Positions 34,227 to 46,094 are shown, numbered from the stretch's first letter. The stretch: 64,000 nt of DNA from an uncultured delta proteobacterium (GCA_963848295.1 CAWKDB010000010.1:64001-128000); one strand, 5' to 3'. Numbers and translations are program-made. The notes: generated by a model from the letters alone, not told the origin.

Positions 34227-35123
34227 TCAAGAATCTGAGGTTCGCCGGCGCCGCGATCGGAGATATCCGGCGGCGCGCTGGATCGGCGCCTCGAGCGCGA
34301 GCAGCGGCAGGAACGCGAAGCCGAACAGCGGATACGGAAACCAGATGTTCATCGTCAGCACGACCGTGACGTGAAAGCCCCACGCCGCGAGGGCCCAGCC
34401 CCGCGCGAGCCGGCCGCCGAGCAGCGCGATCGGCGCGCCGAGCTCGACCGCGATCGCCGCGGCCGATCCGATCGCGAGCCAGAGCGGATGGCCGAGCACG
34501 ACCGTCGCGAGCGGCGCGGTCGCATCGCCGAGCAGCGCCTTGCGCAGGTTGTCGATCGCGATCTGGCCGCGCAGCTGGTCGCCGTCGAGCCAGCTCGCGC
34601 CGGACAGTCGCAACTTCGCGAGCCCGGCGATCACGTAGGTCGCCGCGGTCAGCGCGACGAGCAACTTGATCGGCCAGCCGTAGCCGGCCGGCGCGACGCA
34701 CGGGCTGCGGCGGCGAATCGCCCAGACGTCGGCCGCCGGCGACAGCGAGAGCGCGAGCACGTGCAGCGCCATGAGGTTCTCGGTGTGGAACAGCTGGCCC
34801 CATGAGCTGCGATAGCTGCACGTCCAGATCAGCGCGAGCGCGGCGATCGGCGCGAGGTAGCGATGCGCGACGCCGAGCGTGAACGCGGCGAGCAGCACGC
34901 ACGTCGCGATCGCGAGCGCGAGCACCGCGTTCGGTGGCAACACGCCGACCACGTTCGCGACCCCGACGCCGCGAAAGCTCGACGGCGCGAGCCGCGCGAC
35001 CGCGACGAGGTCCGGCACGCGCGCGACCGTGTAGCACAGCGCGAACGCGCCGATCGCGATCCGCAGCGCCGCGAGCCGCTGTGCCGGCGCTGGCGCGAAC
35101 CACCAGTCCGCGAGCCGCTTCAT
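34227..35123 (-). CDS. HTTM-domain membrane protein
   Basis: WWFAPAPAQRLAALRIAIG, YVIAGLAKL..SG..W..G, FHV..TMNIWF. Confidence 0.75.
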   Translation of the reverse strand: MKRLADWWFAPAPAQRLAALRIAIGAFALCYTVARVPDLVAVARLAPSSFRGVGVANVVGVLPPNAVLALAIATCVLLAAFTLGVAHRYLAPIAALALIWTCSYRSSWGQLFHTENLMALHVLALSLSPAADVWAIRRRSPCVAPAGYGWPIKLLVALTAATYVIAGLAKLRLSGASWLDGDQLRGQIAIDNLRKALLGDATAPLATVVLGHPLWLAIGSAAAIAVELGAPIALLGGRLARGWALAAWGFHVTVVLTMNIWFPYPLFGFAFLPLLALEAPIQRAAGYLRSRRRRTSDS

Positions 35124-35563
35124 CGCAGGACCTGACAGCGCGCGCGCTCGCGCTCGAAACCGATCGTGCCGTGCGCGAGATATTCGATCGCGTCGTTCGT
35201 GCCGGTGACGATCCGGATCCGCGTGACGTCTGCGTAGCCGGAGTCGGCCGCGACGCCACGCGCGATCCGTTCGCACAGCGCGGCGCTGCGCTTGCCGGCG
35301 ACCTCGCGCGCGATGTTCGCGAGCGCTTGCAAGACCTCGCTGCTGCCGACGAGCTCGGGCGCGACCGACCGGCGCGCCCCATCGCGGGTCTCGGCGATCG
35401 CGTAATCGAGGGTCAGCTTCGTCGCGCGCGGGGTCGCGAACATCGGATACGTCGACAGCGGAAAGCCGTCGTCGCCGGGCGAGCGCAAGATCGGCTCGAG
35501 CGTCGCGGCGACGAGCGCGATCGAAACGAGGGCTGCAGCTCGCCGCCGCTCGCTGACCCTCAC
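35120..35563 (-). CDS. Hypothetical membrane-anchored protein, partner of the HTTM gene
   Basis: TM helix then DGFPLSTYPMFA; overlaps both neighbours by 4 bp. Confidence 0.65.
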   Translation of the reverse strand: MRVSERRRAAALVSIALVAATLEPILRSPGDDGFPLSTYPMFATPRATKLTLDYAIAETRDGARRSVAPELVGSSEVLQALANIAREVAGKRSAALCERIARGVAADSGYADVTRIRIVTGTNDAIEYLAHGTIGFERERARCQVLR

Positions 35564-36987
35564 ATCGAGCGGATCACGCGATACGAAGGATGGCCGCCGC
35601 CGATCTCGAAATAGAACGAGAACGCGAACGTGATCAGGTTGTCCGACCCGACCAGCTCCTTCGGCGGATTCGGAAACGGCGCCGCGGCGTGGAACGAGCG
35701 CACCGCCTCGTCATCGAGATCGCCGACGCCGGACGGTGTCACGATCACGATGTGCGCGAGATCGCCGTGCGGCGACAGGCTGACCCGAACCTCGGTGACG
35801 CGCGTCTTGAACCCGTAGACCGCGCCGGTCGGATCGTCGCGCCGCCACACCGTGGCGGGATCCCAGTTCTGTGCGACCGCGCGCTTCATCCGGTTGAAGA
35901 AGCTCGCATAGATGAAGCGCTTCGCGGTGAGCGCGGTCTCGTCGCCGTTGTCGATGTCGTCGAGGTGATCGACGTTGCCGCCCCCGAGCGCGCGCTCGAG
36001 CACGTCTTGCGATGGCTTGAGGTTCGGCACTTGCGGCTGGCCCCCACCGGCGCCGCCCTGCCCCCGCGGCAGCTCCGAGCGATCCTTGCGTTGCTGCTCG
36101 AACGCGCCGTCGCCCTTGCGCGTCAGGTAGCCGTCGGCGGCCGCGCCCGAGCCGCCGGTCGTGGATCCGAGCGTCTTGAGATCTTGCTGGAGCTCCGCCG
36201 GCGAGCGCGCCCCGGGCGAGCGCATCGACAACGTTCCCGGCATGTCCGGCGCGCGCGGATCCGCACCTCGCATCCGATCGGGGTCTTGCTCGTGGACCGA
36301 TTCCGGCCTCGGCTCGGCCTTCGCGACGAGCTCCTCGGGCTTGCTCTTCGCGACCATCGGCTCTTTCGGCGTGCCGCGGGCGACCGTCTGATGATCGACC
36401 TTGGTGTCGTACTCCGCGAGGAACCGGGCGTTGTCCGGCGCCTTCTCCTGCGATGGCTTCGCGGTCTCGACGATCTGCATCGGTCGCGCGGGCGCCGGCG
36501 GGGGCGGCGGCGGTGGATTATTCGGGTGCGGCGGCGGCACTACGACCGGCTTCGGCAGCTCCGGAACCGCTTGCTTGAACGCCTCGAGCAACGGCTCGGG
36601 ATCGATCGACTTGATCTTCTCCGCCTGCTTCGGATCGATCATCGCGATCTCGGTCGACGCCACATGGCGCGCGTCGCACGACGACAGATCGAGCCACATA
36701 TCGTTCATCGCCTCGTCGATGCAGGCGTCGGGGTCGCTCTGCCACGGCGCGAAGCACAGGGCGTCGCGCGCAGAGGCCGCGAGATAAGCGTTCGCGACGC
36801 AGCCCTGAGCGAGCTCGGTCGCGCGAGCCTCGGGCAGCGGCTTGGTCGGCTGGCGCAGGTTGAAATCGGCGACGCCGATCGCGTGCACCATCCCCAGCGC
36901 GGTCGCGTGCGCGGCGAACGCGGCGAAACCGAGCACGACCCAAAAGGCCGCACTCGTCTGCCTGGCTCTCCTCCTCGCGATCGGCAT
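35560..36987 (-). CDS. TonB-family protein
   Basis: TM, Pro-rich spacer, TonB C-terminal SGVGDLDDEAVRSFHAAAPFPNPP. Confidence 0.82.
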   Translation of the reverse strand: MPIARRRARQTSAAFWVVLGFAAFAAHATALGMVHAIGVADFNLRQPTKPLPEARATELAQGCVANAYLAASARDALCFAPWQSDPDACIDEAMNDMWLDLSSCDARHVASTEIAMIDPKQAEKIKSIDPEPLLEAFKQAVPELPKPVVVPPPHPNNPPPPPPPAPARPMQIVETAKPSQEKAPDNARFLAEYDTKVDHQTVARGTPKEPMVAKSKPEELVAKAEPRPESVHEQDPDRMRGADPRAPDMPGTLSMRSPGARSPAELQQDLKTLGSTTGGSGAAADGYLTRKGDGAFEQQRKDRSELPRGQGGAGGGQPQVPNLKPSQDVLERALGGGNVDHLDDIDNGDETALTAKRFIYASFFNRMKRAVAQNWDPATVWRRDDPTGAVYGFKTRVTEVRVSLSPHGDLAHIVIVTPSGVGDLDDEAVRSFHAAAPFPNPPKELVGSDNLITFAFSFYFEIGGGHPSYRVIRSM

Positions 36988-37182
36988 CCGACCTCGTTCG
37001 AGTATAGGTACGCGCGGCCCCAGCGTCAGGTCGATTTTGCGTTCCTGGTGGGATCCGCCCCGCTTGGCGCGCTCGCGGTTCGATGCCCGGCCGCGGTCTT
37101 CCTCGCGCTAGTGCGCCAAATCCGGACGAATTTCTTCGCCGGCGTCCGTGTGCCCGGGCGCGATCGGTGACACGGTTCGGCC

Positions 37183-39999
37183 ATGCCGACTCCGATCCAA
37201 CAGGCCGCCAAGCTCGGACAAGCCATCTGGTACGACAACCTCCGGCGCTCGATGCTGACGACCGGCGCGCTCAAGCAAATGATCGAGCACGACGGCTTGC
37301 TCGGCATGACGTCGAACCCCTCGATCTTCGAAAAGGCGATCGGCAGCGGCGACGACTACGACGCCGCGATCCGCGCGGACGCGTCGACGAACGACATCGA
37401 GGTGTTCGAGCACCTCGCCATCCACGACATCCAAGGCGCGTGCGACGCGTTCCGTCCGGTGTTCGATCGCACGAAAGGCGGCGACGGCTACGTCAGCCTC
37501 GAGGTCTCGCCACGGCTCGCGAACGACACCGACGGCACGATCGCGGAGGCCAAGCGCCTGTTCGCGGCGGTCGATCGCCCGAACGTGATGATCAAGATTC
37601 CCGGCACGAAGCCATGCGTCCCCGCGATCCGCGCCGCGATCGGCGCGGGCATCAACGTCAACACGACGCTGCTGTTCGCGATCGATGCGTACCTCGCGGC
37701 CGCCGACGCCTACATGTCCGGGTTGGAAGACTTCAAGATGAAGGGCGGCGACTTGTCGAAGGTCGCCGGGGTCGCGAGCTTCTTCCTGTCGCGCATCGAT
37801 ACCGCGGTCGACAAGCAGCTCGACGAGCTCGCGAAGAAGCACCCCGAGGCCGCCGCGCTCAAGGGCCAGACCGCGATCGCGAACGCGAAGCTCGCCTACA
37901 CGAAGTACCAGGAGTTGATCGCCTCGCCGCGGTGGAAGGCGCTCGTCGCCGCCGGTGCGAAGCCGCAGCGCCTGCTGTGGGCGTCGACCGGCACGAAGAA
38001 CCCGGCGTACCCGAAGCTGCACTATGTCGAGACGTTGATCGGGCCGGACACCGTCAACACCATGCCGACCGACACGTACGACGAGCTGCGCGATCACGGC
38101 GACGGCCACGTCGCGGTGACGCTGACCAAGGACGTCGAGGTCGCGAAGCAGCAGCTCGCCCAGCTCGGCAAGCTCGGGGTCTCGCTCGACAAGGTCACCG
38201 ACAAGCTGCTCGTCGACGGCGTCGCCGCGTTCGCCAAGTCGTTCGACACCCTGCTCGCCGCGGTCGCCTCGAAGCGCGCCGCGGTCGCAGCCACTCCGCA
38301 GGCCCCGGCGCAGGCGCCGGGCACCGGCGATCAGTTCCAGCTCGGTGATGCGTCCGACGACGTCGCCTCCGCGGCGCGCGATTGGGCCGCGAAGGTGCCG
38401 CGCGTCTGGAAGAAGGACGCGTCGGTGTGGACCGGCAAGGACGAAGGCAAGTGGCTCGGCTGGCTCGATGCGATCGACAACGGGCGCAAGCAGCTCGGCG
38501 ACTTCGTCGCGATCGCCGAGGCCGCGAAGAAAGACGGCCTGACCGACGCGGTCGTGCTCGGCATGGGCGGGTCGAGCCTGTGCCCGTGGGTGTTCACCCA
38601 GGCGTTCGCCGCGACCGGCTTGAAGCTGCACGTGCTCGACTCGATCCTGCCGGCGCAGATCCTCGCGATGGACAAGGCGCTGCCGATCAAGCACACGTTG
38701 TTCATCGTCAGCTCGAAGTCGGGCTCGACGACCGAGCCGAACGTGCTGATGGCGTACTTCGAGGATCGCGTGAAGGCCGCCGGCATCGACAAGCCGGGCT
38801 CGCGGTTCATCGCGATCACCGATCCGGGCAGCAAGCTCGAGGCCGCCGCGAAGGACCACGGGTTCCGCGCGGTGGTGCCGGGCGATCCGGCGATCGGCGG
38901 GCGTTACTCCGCGCTGTCGCCGTTCGGCCTCGTGCCGGCGCAGATCATGGGAATCGACGTCAAGACGCTGCTCGATCGCGCGGGCGACATGGCGACCGCG
39001 TGCAAGCAGCCGGACAAGAACCCTGGCGTCCAGCTCGGCGTCGCGCTCGGCGTGCTCGCGACCCGCGGGCGCGACAAGCTCACGATCGTCGCGTCGCCGA
39101 AGCTGCGCGCGCTCGGCGCGTGGCTCGAGCAGCTGATCGCAGAATCGACCGGCAAGCTCGGCAAAGGGATCGTCCCGGTCGACAACGAGCCGCTCGGCGC
39201 GCCCGAGGTCTACGGCGGCGACCGCGTGTTCGTGCACGTCCAGGCCAAGGGCGAGGCGGATCCGCAATCGACGCAGCTCGACGCGCTCGCGAAGGCCGGC
39301 CATCCGGTGCTGCGGCTCGATCCGATCGAGGCGATCGAGCTCGGCAAGGCGTTCTTCCGCTGGGAGATGGCGACCGCGGTCGCGGGATCGGTGATCGGCA
39401 TCGATCCGTTCGATCAGCCGGACGTCGAGGCCAGCAAGATCGCGACGCGGCGCCTGCTCGAAGCGGGCGGCACCGTCGCCGGGGCGCGGCCGATCGCGAG
39501 CGAGAGCGGGCTCTCGGTCTACGCCGACGTCACGAACACGGGCCAGCTCACCGCCGGGCGCGCGATGAGCTTCGGCAAGGTGCTCGCCGCGCACCTGTCG
39601 CGCGCGAGTCGCGGCGACTACGTCGCGATCAACGCCTACGTCGAGATGAACGCCGAGCACCAGCAGGCGTTGCAGGCGATCCGGATGTTGATCCGCGACC
39701 ACCGCAAGGTCGCGACGACGCTCGGCTACGGTCCGCGGTTCTTGCACTCGACCGGCCAGCTCCACAAGGGCGGACCGGCGAGCGGCGTGTTCTTGCAGCT
39801 CACCGCCGAGCCGGCGCGAGAGCTGGCGATTCCGGGCGAGACCTACACGTTCGCGACGCTCGAGCGCGCGCAGGCGCAGGGCGACTTCGAAGTCCTATCG
39901 GCGCGCGGCCGTCGCGCGATCCGCGTCCATCTCGGCAGCGACGTCGCGGCCGGGCTAGCCGCACTGCACCGCGCGGTTTCCGCCGCGCTCGGCGTTTGA
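37183..39999 (+). CDS. Bifunctional transaldolase / glucose-6-phosphate isomerase
   Basis: [34 protein letters not shown]; then [38 protein letters not shown]. Confidence 0.95.
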   Translation: MPTPIQQAAKLGQAIWYDNLRRSMLTTGALKQMIEHDGLLGMTSNPSIFEKAIGSGDDYDAAIRADASTNDIEVFEHLAIHDIQGACDAFRPVFDRTKGGDGYVSLEVSPRLANDTDGTIAEAKRLFAAVDRPNVMIKIPGTKPCVPAIRAAIGAGINVNTTLLFAIDAYLAAADAYMSGLEDFKMKGGDLSKVAGVASFFLSRIDTAVDKQLDELAKKHPEAAALKGQTAIANAKLAYTKYQELIASPRWKALVAAGAKPQRLLWASTGTKNPAYPKLHYVETLIGPDTVNTMPTDTYDELRDHGDGHVAVTLTKDVEVAKQQLAQLGKLGVSLDKVTDKLLVDGVAAFAKSFDTLLAAVASKRAAVAATPQAPAQAPGTGDQFQLGDASDDVASAARDWAAKVPRVWKKDASVWTGKDEGKWLGWLDAIDNGRKQLGDFVAIAEAAKKDGLTDAVVLGMGGSSLCPWVFTQAFAATGLKLHVLDSILPAQILAMDKALPIKHTLFIVSSKSGSTTEPNVLMAYFEDRVKAAGIDKPGSRFIAITDPGSKLEAAAKDHGFRAVVPGDPAIGGRYSALSPFGLVPAQIMGIDVKTLLDRAGDMATACKQPDKNPGVQLGVALGVLATRGRDKLTIVASPKLRALGAWLEQLIAESTGKLGKGIVPVDNEPLGAPEVYGGDRVFVHVQAKGEADPQSTQLDALAKAGHPVLRLDPIEAIELGKAFFRWEMATAVAGSVIGIDPFDQPDVEASKIATRRLLEAGGTVAGARPIASESGLSVYADVTNTGQLTAGRAMSFGKVLAAHLSRASRGDYVAINAYVEMNAEHQQALQAIRMLIRDHRKVATTLGYGPRFLHSTGQLHKGGPASGVFLQLTAEPARELAIPGETYTFATLERAQAQGDFEVLSARGRRAIRVHLGSDVAAGLAALHRAVSAALGV

Positions 40000-40019
40000 T
40001 TCTTCACAGGGAGAGCTCG

Positions 40020-41003
40020 ATGCAACTCGGAATGATCGGATTAGGCCGGATGGGCGCGAACATGGCGCGCCGGCTCATGCGCGGTGGTCATCAGGTCGTG
40101 GTCTACGATCGCAGCCCCGACGCGGTGAAGCAGGTCGTCGGCGAAGGCGCGAAGGGCGCCGACTCGCTCGACTCGCTGATCGCGCAACTCTCGGCGCCGC
40201 GCGCGGTGTGGGTGATGGTGCCGTCGGGGCAAGCGACCGAGTCGACCGTGATGGCGCTCGGCGAGAAGCTGTCGGCCGGCGACACGATCATCGACGGCGG
40301 CAACTCGTTCTTCAAGGATGACGTGCGTCGCGGCAAAGCGCTCGCCCCGCGCAAGATCACGTACGTCGATGCCGGCACGAGCGGCGGCGTGCTCGGGCTC
40401 GAGCGCGGTTACTGCCTGATGATCGGCGGCGACAAGGTCGCGGTCGATCGGCTCGAGCCGATCTTCAAGACGCTCGCGCCGGGTCGCGGCGACATCGAGC
40501 GCACCCCCGGTCGCGACAAGCTCGGGGGCACCGCCGAAGACGGCTACCTGCACTGCGGTCCGACCGGCAGCGGTCACTTCGTCAAGATGGTCCATAACGG
40601 CATCGAGTACGGAGTCATGCAGGCGATCGCCGAGGGCTTCGACATCATGAAGGGCGCGATGAACGCCGGCGTCGCCGACGATCACAAGTTCGACTTGAAG
40701 CTCGGCGATATCGCCGAGGTCTGGCGCCGCGGCAGCGTCCTGAGCTCGTGGCTGATCGATCTGTCCGCGAAGGCGCTCGTCGCCGATCCGACGCTCGCGA
40801 AGATGACCGGCGCGGTCGCAGACTCCGGCGAAGGCCGGTGGACGGTCATGGCCGCGATCGAAGAGGCAGTGCCGGCCGAGGTGATCACCGCCTCGCTGTA
40901 CACCCGGTTCCGGTCGCGCCAGGAGCACACGTTCGCCGAGAAGATGCTGTCGGCGATGCGGTTCGAGTTCGGTGGCCACCTCGAGAGGCCGACGGGTGGT
41001 TGA
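40020..41003 (+). CDS. gnd: 6-phosphogluconate dehydrogenase (decarboxylating, short type)
   Basis: [40 protein letters not shown]. Confidence 0.95.
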   Translation: MQLGMIGLGRMGANMARRLMRGGHQVVVYDRSPDAVKQVVGEGAKGADSLDSLIAQLSAPRAVWVMVPSGQATESTVMALGEKLSAGDTIIDGGNSFFKDDVRRGKALAPRKITYVDAGTSGGVLGLERGYCLMIGGDKVAVDRLEPIFKTLAPGRGDIERTPGRDKLGGTAEDGYLHCGPTGSGHFVKMVHNGIEYGVMQAIAEGFDIMKGAMNAGVADDHKFDLKLGDIAEVWRRGSVLSSWLIDLSAKALVADPTLAKMTGAVADSGEGRWTVMAAIEEAVPAEVITASLYTRFRSRQEHTFAEKMLSAMRFEFGGHLERPTGG

Positions 41004-41724
41004 GGTCCGGCGGTTTGCGGATCTCGATGCGTTGAGCCGCGCGGCGGCGGATGACTTCATCGCGCTCGGGCGAGCGGCGATCGCGGCGCGCGGCGTGTTT
41101 CACGTGGTGCTGTCCGGAGGCTCGACGCCGAAGCGGCTGTTCGGGCTGCTCGCGGCTCGCGGCCCGGCGGCGCTCGCGTGGGACAAGGTCGAGCTGTGGT
41201 GGGGCGACGAGCGGTCGGTCGGCCCGACCGACGCCGATTCGAACTACCGGATGACGCGCGAGGCGTTGATCGATCCGCTGCACCTCGACGCCCGGCGCGT
41301 CCATCGCATCGCCGGCGAGCTCGAGCCGACGAAGGCCGCCGCAGACTACGAACGCGGGCTCGTCGCCGCGCTCGGTCAACCGCCGATCAGCGACCTCGCG
41401 CTGCAGGGGATGGGGCCCGACGGACACACCGCGTCGTTGTTCCCGCACTCGCCCGCGCTCGACGACACCACCCACTGGGTGGTCGCGAATCCGGTCGACT
41501 CGCCGGTCGCGAAGGGCAAGACGACGCGGATCACGCTGACCGCTCGCGCGATCAACGCGGCGCGCGCCGTGCGCTTTCTCGTCGCCGGCAAGGACAAGGC
41601 CCCCGCCCTGTACTCGGTGCTCGAAGGACCGCGCGACGGCAAGGCGTTTCCGGCGCAGCTGATCGACAACGCGACCTGGCTCGTCGACGAGGCCGCGGCG
41701 GCCAAGCTCGGGACCACGAGGTGA
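40996..41724 (+). CDS. pgl: 6-phosphogluconolactonase
   Basis: [30 protein letters not shown]. Confidence 0.93.
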   Translation: MVEVRRFADLDALSRAAADDFIALGRAAIAARGVFHVVLSGGSTPKRLFGLLAARGPAALAWDKVELWWGDERSVGPTDADSNYRMTREALIDPLHLDARRVHRIAGELEPTKAAADYERGLVAALGQPPISDLALQGMGPDGHTASLFPHSPALDDTTHWVVANPVDSPVAKGKTTRITLTARAINAARAVRFLVAGKDKAPALYSVLEGPRDGKAFPAQLIDNATWLVDEAAAAKLGTTR

Positions 41725-42695
41725 TCCTCGCCGGTGACATCGGCGGCACCAAGACCGTGCTCGCGACGTTCGGCGACGGCCTGCATCAGGTGCGAGCGCA
41801 GGAGCTCAAGTCGGGCGACTTCGCCTCGCTCGAAGCGGTGATCGAGGCGTTCGCGCCGGAGCGCGTGACCGCGGCGTGCTTTGGAGTGGCCGGGCCCGTG
41901 ATCGGCGACAGCGCGAAGATCACGAACCTACCGTGGACGATCGCCGCGCCCTCGTTATCGCGGCGCCTCGGTGGCGCGCGCGTCACGCTGATCAACGACC
42001 TACAGGCGACCGCGTTCGGCATGCTCGCCCTGCCCGCCGACAAGTTTGCGGTCCTGCAGCCGCCTGCGGAAGCGGTGAGCGACGGCACGATCGCGGTGAT
42101 CGCGCCGGGCACCGGGCTCGGCGAGGCGGTGCTGGTCTCGGTCGCCGGCAAGTACCGCGCGCTGGCGTCGGAGGGCGGCCATGCCGATTTCGCCGCCACG
42201 ACCGACGACGAATTCGAGCTCGTACGATTTCTGCGCAGGCGTTACGGCGACCACGTCAGCAACGAGCGCGTGCTGTGCGGCGCCGGCATCGGCGACCTCT
42301 ACAGCTTCGAGCGCGAACGCACGACCGCGCCCGAGCCCGCGTGGCTCGCCCAGCAGATCGCGAGCGGTGATCGCAACGAGGCGGTGTCGCGGGCCGCCCT
42401 CGCAGGAACCGATCCGTGTTGCATCGCCGCGCTCGATCGGTTCGCGGCGCTCCTCGGCGCCGAAGCTAGCAACCTCGCGCTGCGATCGCTCGCCCGCGGC
42501 GGCGTCGTGATCGGCGGCGGCATTCCGCCGAAGGTGTTGCCGATCCTGCAACGCGGTGGGCTGATCACGCGGTTCAATGCCAAAGGACGATTCTCCAACT
42601 GGACGCGCGCTCTCGGAGTGCGCGTCGCGCTCGAGCCTCGCGCCGCGCTTTTCGGCGCAGCCCATCACGCCACCACGAAAGACCATGCGCCATGA
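41721..42695 (+). CDS. glk: Glucokinase
   Basis: LAGDIGGTKT, GVAGPV, TNLPW, LINDL, APGTGLG, SEGGH. Confidence 0.93.
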   Translation: MILAGDIGGTKTVLATFGDGLHQVRAQELKSGDFASLEAVIEAFAPERVTAACFGVAGPVIGDSAKITNLPWTIAAPSLSRRLGGARVTLINDLQATAFGMLALPADKFAVLQPPAEAVSDGTIAVIAPGTGLGEAVLVSVAGKYRALASEGGHADFAATTDDEFELVRFLRRRYGDHVSNERVLCGAGIGDLYSFERERTTAPEPAWLAQQIASGDRNEAVSRAALAGTDPCCIAALDRFAALLGAEASNLALRSLARGGVVIGGGIPPKVLPILQRGGLITRFNAKGRFSNWTRALGVRVALEPRAALFGAAHHATTKDHAP

Positions 42696-44233
42696 GTGAG
42701 ACCATCCCTCCCCCGAACCTCGTCGGTGAAATTCTCGGCGATCAGAAGACCAAGAAACGCCGCCCCGATCCGTGCGCGATCGTGATCTTCGGCGCGACCG
42801 GCGATCTGGCCGGACGCAAGCTCGCGCCGGCGCTCTACAACGTCATGCTCGACAAGTCGATCTCGGACCCGACAGTGATCATCGGCGTGTCGCGAGGTCA
42901 GATGCCGGTCAAGGATCTCGCCGCGAAGCTCCACGACGGTGTCGCCGAGTTCTCGCGCCAGAAGCTGCAACCCGCGGCGTGGGACAAGTTCGTCAGCATG
43001 CTCGACTACGTCGGCGGCGACTTTGCCGACGATGCGACGTACGTCGCACTCAGGGCCAAGCTCGAACAGGCCAAGGCCAAGGGCACGCGCGGCAACCGGT
43101 TGTTCTACTTCGCGACGCCGCCGGCGATGTTCCCGCTCATCCTCGCGAAGCTCAGCCAACACGGGCTGATCGAGCACGGCACCGGCGTCGGCCACGAGAA
43201 CACCTGTCGTGTCATCGTCGAGAAGCCGTTCGGTCGCAACTTCGCGACCGCGACCGAGCTCAACGACCTGATCGCGAAGCACCTCGACGAGAGCCAGATC
43301 TATCGCATCGACCACTACCTCGGCAAAGAGACGGTCCAGAACATCTTGGTGCTGCGGTTCGGCAACTCGATCTTCGAGCCGATCTGGAATCGCAACCACG
43401 TCGACTACGTCGAGATCACCGCGGCGGAATCGATCGGCATCGAGGGGCGAGGCGCGTTCTACGAGTCGACCGGGGTCGTTCGCGACATCATCCAGAACCA
43501 CCTGCTGCAAGTGCTGTCGCTCGTCACGATGGAGGTCCCCGCGTCGTTCAACGCCGACGACATCCGCGACGAGAAATCGCAGGTCTTGCGTTCGGTGCGC
43601 AACCCGACGCTGGTCGATGTCGCGACCGAGTGCGTCCGCGGGCAATACCGCGGCTATCGCCAGGAGCCCGGCGTCGCGAACAACTCGCAGACTCCGACGT
43701 ACGCGGCCATGCGATTCATGATCGACAGCTGGCGCTGGCAAGGCGTGCCGTTCTATCTACGCGCCGGCAAGAAGATGACCGACCGGCTCACCGAGGTCGC
43801 GATTCACTTCAAGGCCGTGCCGCTGATGCTGTTCAAGGAAGAAGCGGCCGGCAGCGTGCTGCAACCGGCGGTGCTGATCCTGACGATCCAGCCGCACGAG
43901 GGCATCTCGCTGCGGTTCGCCGCGAAGGTCCCGGGCGACAACATCGAGGTCGGCAACGTCCACATGAACATGACGTACGCCGACGCGTTCAAGCGCCCGA
44001 TCGCAGAGGCCTACGAGCGGCTGCTGCTCGACTGTTTGCGCGGCGACGCGACGCTGTTCAATCGCCGCGACGCGGTCGACCGCGCGTGGGCGTTGATCGA
44101 TCCGGTGTTGCAGGTGTGGGACGCGTCTCCCGGCGTCGAGATCTACGAGCCGGGCTCGGCCGGGCCGGCGTCGGCGGACGAGATGATCCGGCGCGACGGC
44201 CACGCGTGGCGGGAGCTCGCGCCGAGTGCTTGA
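42692..44233 (+). CDS. zwf: Glucose-6-phosphate 1-dehydrogenase
   Basis: GATGDLA, EKPFG, RIDHYLGKE, DIIQNHLLQ, RWQGVPFYLRAGK. Confidence 0.97.
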   Translation: MSETIPPPNLVGEILGDQKTKKRRPDPCAIVIFGATGDLAGRKLAPALYNVMLDKSISDPTVIIGVSRGQMPVKDLAAKLHDGVAEFSRQKLQPAAWDKFVSMLDYVGGDFADDATYVALRAKLEQAKAKGTRGNRLFYFATPPAMFPLILAKLSQHGLIEHGTGVGHENTCRVIVEKPFGRNFATATELNDLIAKHLDESQIYRIDHYLGKETVQNILVLRFGNSIFEPIWNRNHVDYVEITAAESIGIEGRGAFYESTGVVRDIIQNHLLQVLSLVTMEVPASFNADDIRDEKSQVLRSVRNPTLVDVATECVRGQYRGYRQEPGVANNSQTPTYAAMRFMIDSWRWQGVPFYLRAGKKMTDRLTEVAIHFKAVPLMLFKEEAAGSVLQPAVLILTIQPHEGISLRFAAKVPGDNIEVGNVHMNMTYADAFKRPIAEAYERLLLDCLRGDATLFNRRDAVDRAWALIDPVLQVWDASPGVEIYEPGSAGPASADEMIRRDGHAWRELAPSA

Positions 44234-44834
44234 ACCCGAGGTCGTGTTCTTCGACATCGGCGGCGTGTTGCTGACGAACGGTTGGGATCACGACTCGCGC
44301 GGCCTCGCGGCCCAGCAGTTCGCGCTCGACGCCGGGTTCGAGCAGCGCCACAACGCGCTCGCGATCGATCTCGACCGCTCGACGATCACGCTCGACAGCT
44401 ACCTCGATCGCGTCGTGTTCGATCGGCCGCGCCCGTTCTCGCGCGCCGAGCTGATCGCGTTCATCGAGGGCCAATCCCAGCCCTATCCCGAGATGCTCGC
44501 GGTGCTCGACGAGGTGGTGCGCTCCGGGCGTTACCGGGTGTTCTCGCTCAACAACGAGTCACGCGAGCTCAACGGCTATCGCATCGCCACGTTCGAGCTC
44601 GCGCGCCGGTTCCACGGCTTCTTGTCGTCGTGTTACCTCGGGCTCGCGAAGCCGGATCCGGCGATCTACGAGCGCGCGCTCGAGATCGTGCAGCGGCCGG
44701 CGCAAGCGTGCGTGTTCGTCGACGACCGCCCCGAGAATTGTGCGCCCGCCGCCGCGCTCGGGATTCGCACGATCCATCACTCGTCGGCCGCGACCACGCG
44801 CAGCGCGCTACGCGAGCTCGGCGTCGCGTTCTAG
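44226..44834 (+). CDS. HAD-family phosphatase
   Basis: FFDIGGVL, KPDPAIY, FVDDRPEN. Confidence 0.9.
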   Translation: MLEPEVVFFDIGGVLLTNGWDHDSRGLAAQQFALDAGFEQRHNALAIDLDRSTITLDSYLDRVVFDRPRPFSRAELIAFIEGQSQPYPEMLAVLDEVVRSGRYRVFSLNNESRELNGYRIATFELARRFHGFLSSCYLGLAKPDPAIYERALEIVQRPAQACVFVDDRPENCAPAAALGIRTIHHSSAATTRSALRELGVAF

Positions 44835-45263
44835 CGCCGCGATCTTCGCGAGCCTACGCACGTGGCGCGGCTCGCCGCTGAACGTCGCGCCGATGAATGC
44901 GGTGACCAGCTCGGGCACGAGCGCTTCGCCGAGCACCCGCCCCCCGAGCGTCAGCACGTTCATGTCGTCGTGCTCGACTCCCTGGTGCGCCGAGTACGTG
45001 TCGTGGCACACCGCCGCGCGAATCCCGCGGAGCTTGCACGCCGCGACCGACGCACCCACCCCGCTGCCGCAGATCAGCACACCGCGCTGAGCACCGCCGC
45101 GTCGGATCGTCTCGCCGAGCAGGAGCGCGACGTCGGGATAGTCATCGCCCTCGACGAGCGTCGGTGACAAGTCCAGCGGCTGATCGCCATGCGCGCGGAT
45201 GGCGGCGATGGCCTGCGCTTTGAGCACGAACCCGGCGTGATCGGTGGCGACCGCGATGATCAT
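44808..45263 (-). CDS. rpiB: Ribose-5-phosphate isomerase B
   Basis: DHAG, DYPD, CGSGVG, GIRAA, NVLTLGGRV, RHVRR. Confidence 0.94.
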   Translation of the reverse strand: MIIAVATDHAGFVLKAQAIAAIRAHGDQPLDLSPTLVEGDDYPDVALLLGETIRRGGAQRGVLICGSGVGASVAACKLRGIRAAVCHDTYSAHQGVEHDDMNVLTLGGRVLGEALVPELVTAFIGATFSGEPRHVRRLAKIAALERDAELA

Positions 45264-45368
45264 GCTCGAGGTTGTACCGCGTCTGCTAGCCGGCGCACGG
45301 GCTCGCGAGCGCCCAGCCCCAGATCGCAAGAACTGGCCCGCCGGCCGTGCGCTGGCGAGAATTTCGGG

Positions 45369-45863
45369 ATGGACAAGCAGGACTTGATCGCCCAGCTGGT
45401 GACCCGGCTCCAGGCCTCTGCTCGCAGTGCGCTCGCCGCGCGCGATGCGACCGCGGCCGAAGCGCGCGACGGCGCGACGCCCGACGAGAAGCGCGAGGAC
45501 GCGCGGGCCGCCCACCAACTCGGCACCCTCGGCCGTGCGCAACAACGCCGCGCGCAGCAAGCGATCGCCGAGGTCGACGCGCTCGCGACGTGGAGACCGG
45601 CTCCGGTCGCCGCCACGGCTCGGATCGAGGTCGGAGCGATCGTCGAGATCGAAGATCCCGATAGCGGTGAGGGCCGCACGTTCTTTCTCGCCCCGGTCGG
45701 CGCCGGCGTCACGTTGACCGGGCCCGGTGGTGATGGCGTGTTGTCGGTCGTCACCCCCGCGTCGCCGATCGGCACCGCGGTGATCGGTCGCGTCGTCGGC
45801 GACATCGTCGCGATCTCGCAAGCCGGCGAGTGGCGCGAGTGGCAGATCAGCTACGTCGCGTGA
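45369..45863 (+). CDS. GreA/GreB-family elongation-factor-like protein
   Basis: N-terminal coiled coil; VTPASPIGTAVIGRVVGD. Confidence 0.78.
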   Translation: MDKQDLIAQLVTRLQASARSALAARDATAAEARDGATPDEKREDARAAHQLGTLGRAQQRRAQQAIAEVDALATWRPAPVAATARIEVGAIVEIEDPDSGEGRTFFLAPVGAGVTLTGPGGDGVLSVVTPASPIGTAVIGRVVGDIVAISQAGEWREWQISYVA

Positions 45864-45917
45864 GCTCCGAGGCCAATCGATCGGCTGTTCGGCGCAGCAA
45901 GGACGGCCGAATCGGCG

Positions 45918-46094
45918 CTACTGCGCGCGCGCGACGTGCACTCGCATCTTGCCGCCGGCGCGCTCGACCGTGACCGCCCACGGCCGGCAGCACACCGCGC
46001 AGTCCTCGACGAGCGCGCCCGTCGTATCGGGATCGACGTAGAGCTCGACCCACTCGCGGCAATACGGACAGCGTACGCGCACGGTGTCGGCCAC
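45918..46094 (-). CDS. CPXCG-type cysteine-rich small protein (58 aa, absent from the ORF track)
   Basis: Manual translation [58 protein letters not shown]. Confidence 0.85.
   Translation of the reverse strand: MADTVRVRCPYCREWVELYVDPDTTGALVEDCAVCCRPWAVTVERAGGKMRVHVARAQ

Noticed and set aside
38382..40019. N-terminal extensions in the ORF track for gnd, glk, rpiB, miaA, mutL, M56 and others
   Set aside because: The extensions overlap neighbouring genes; starts were reset to where family homology begins.
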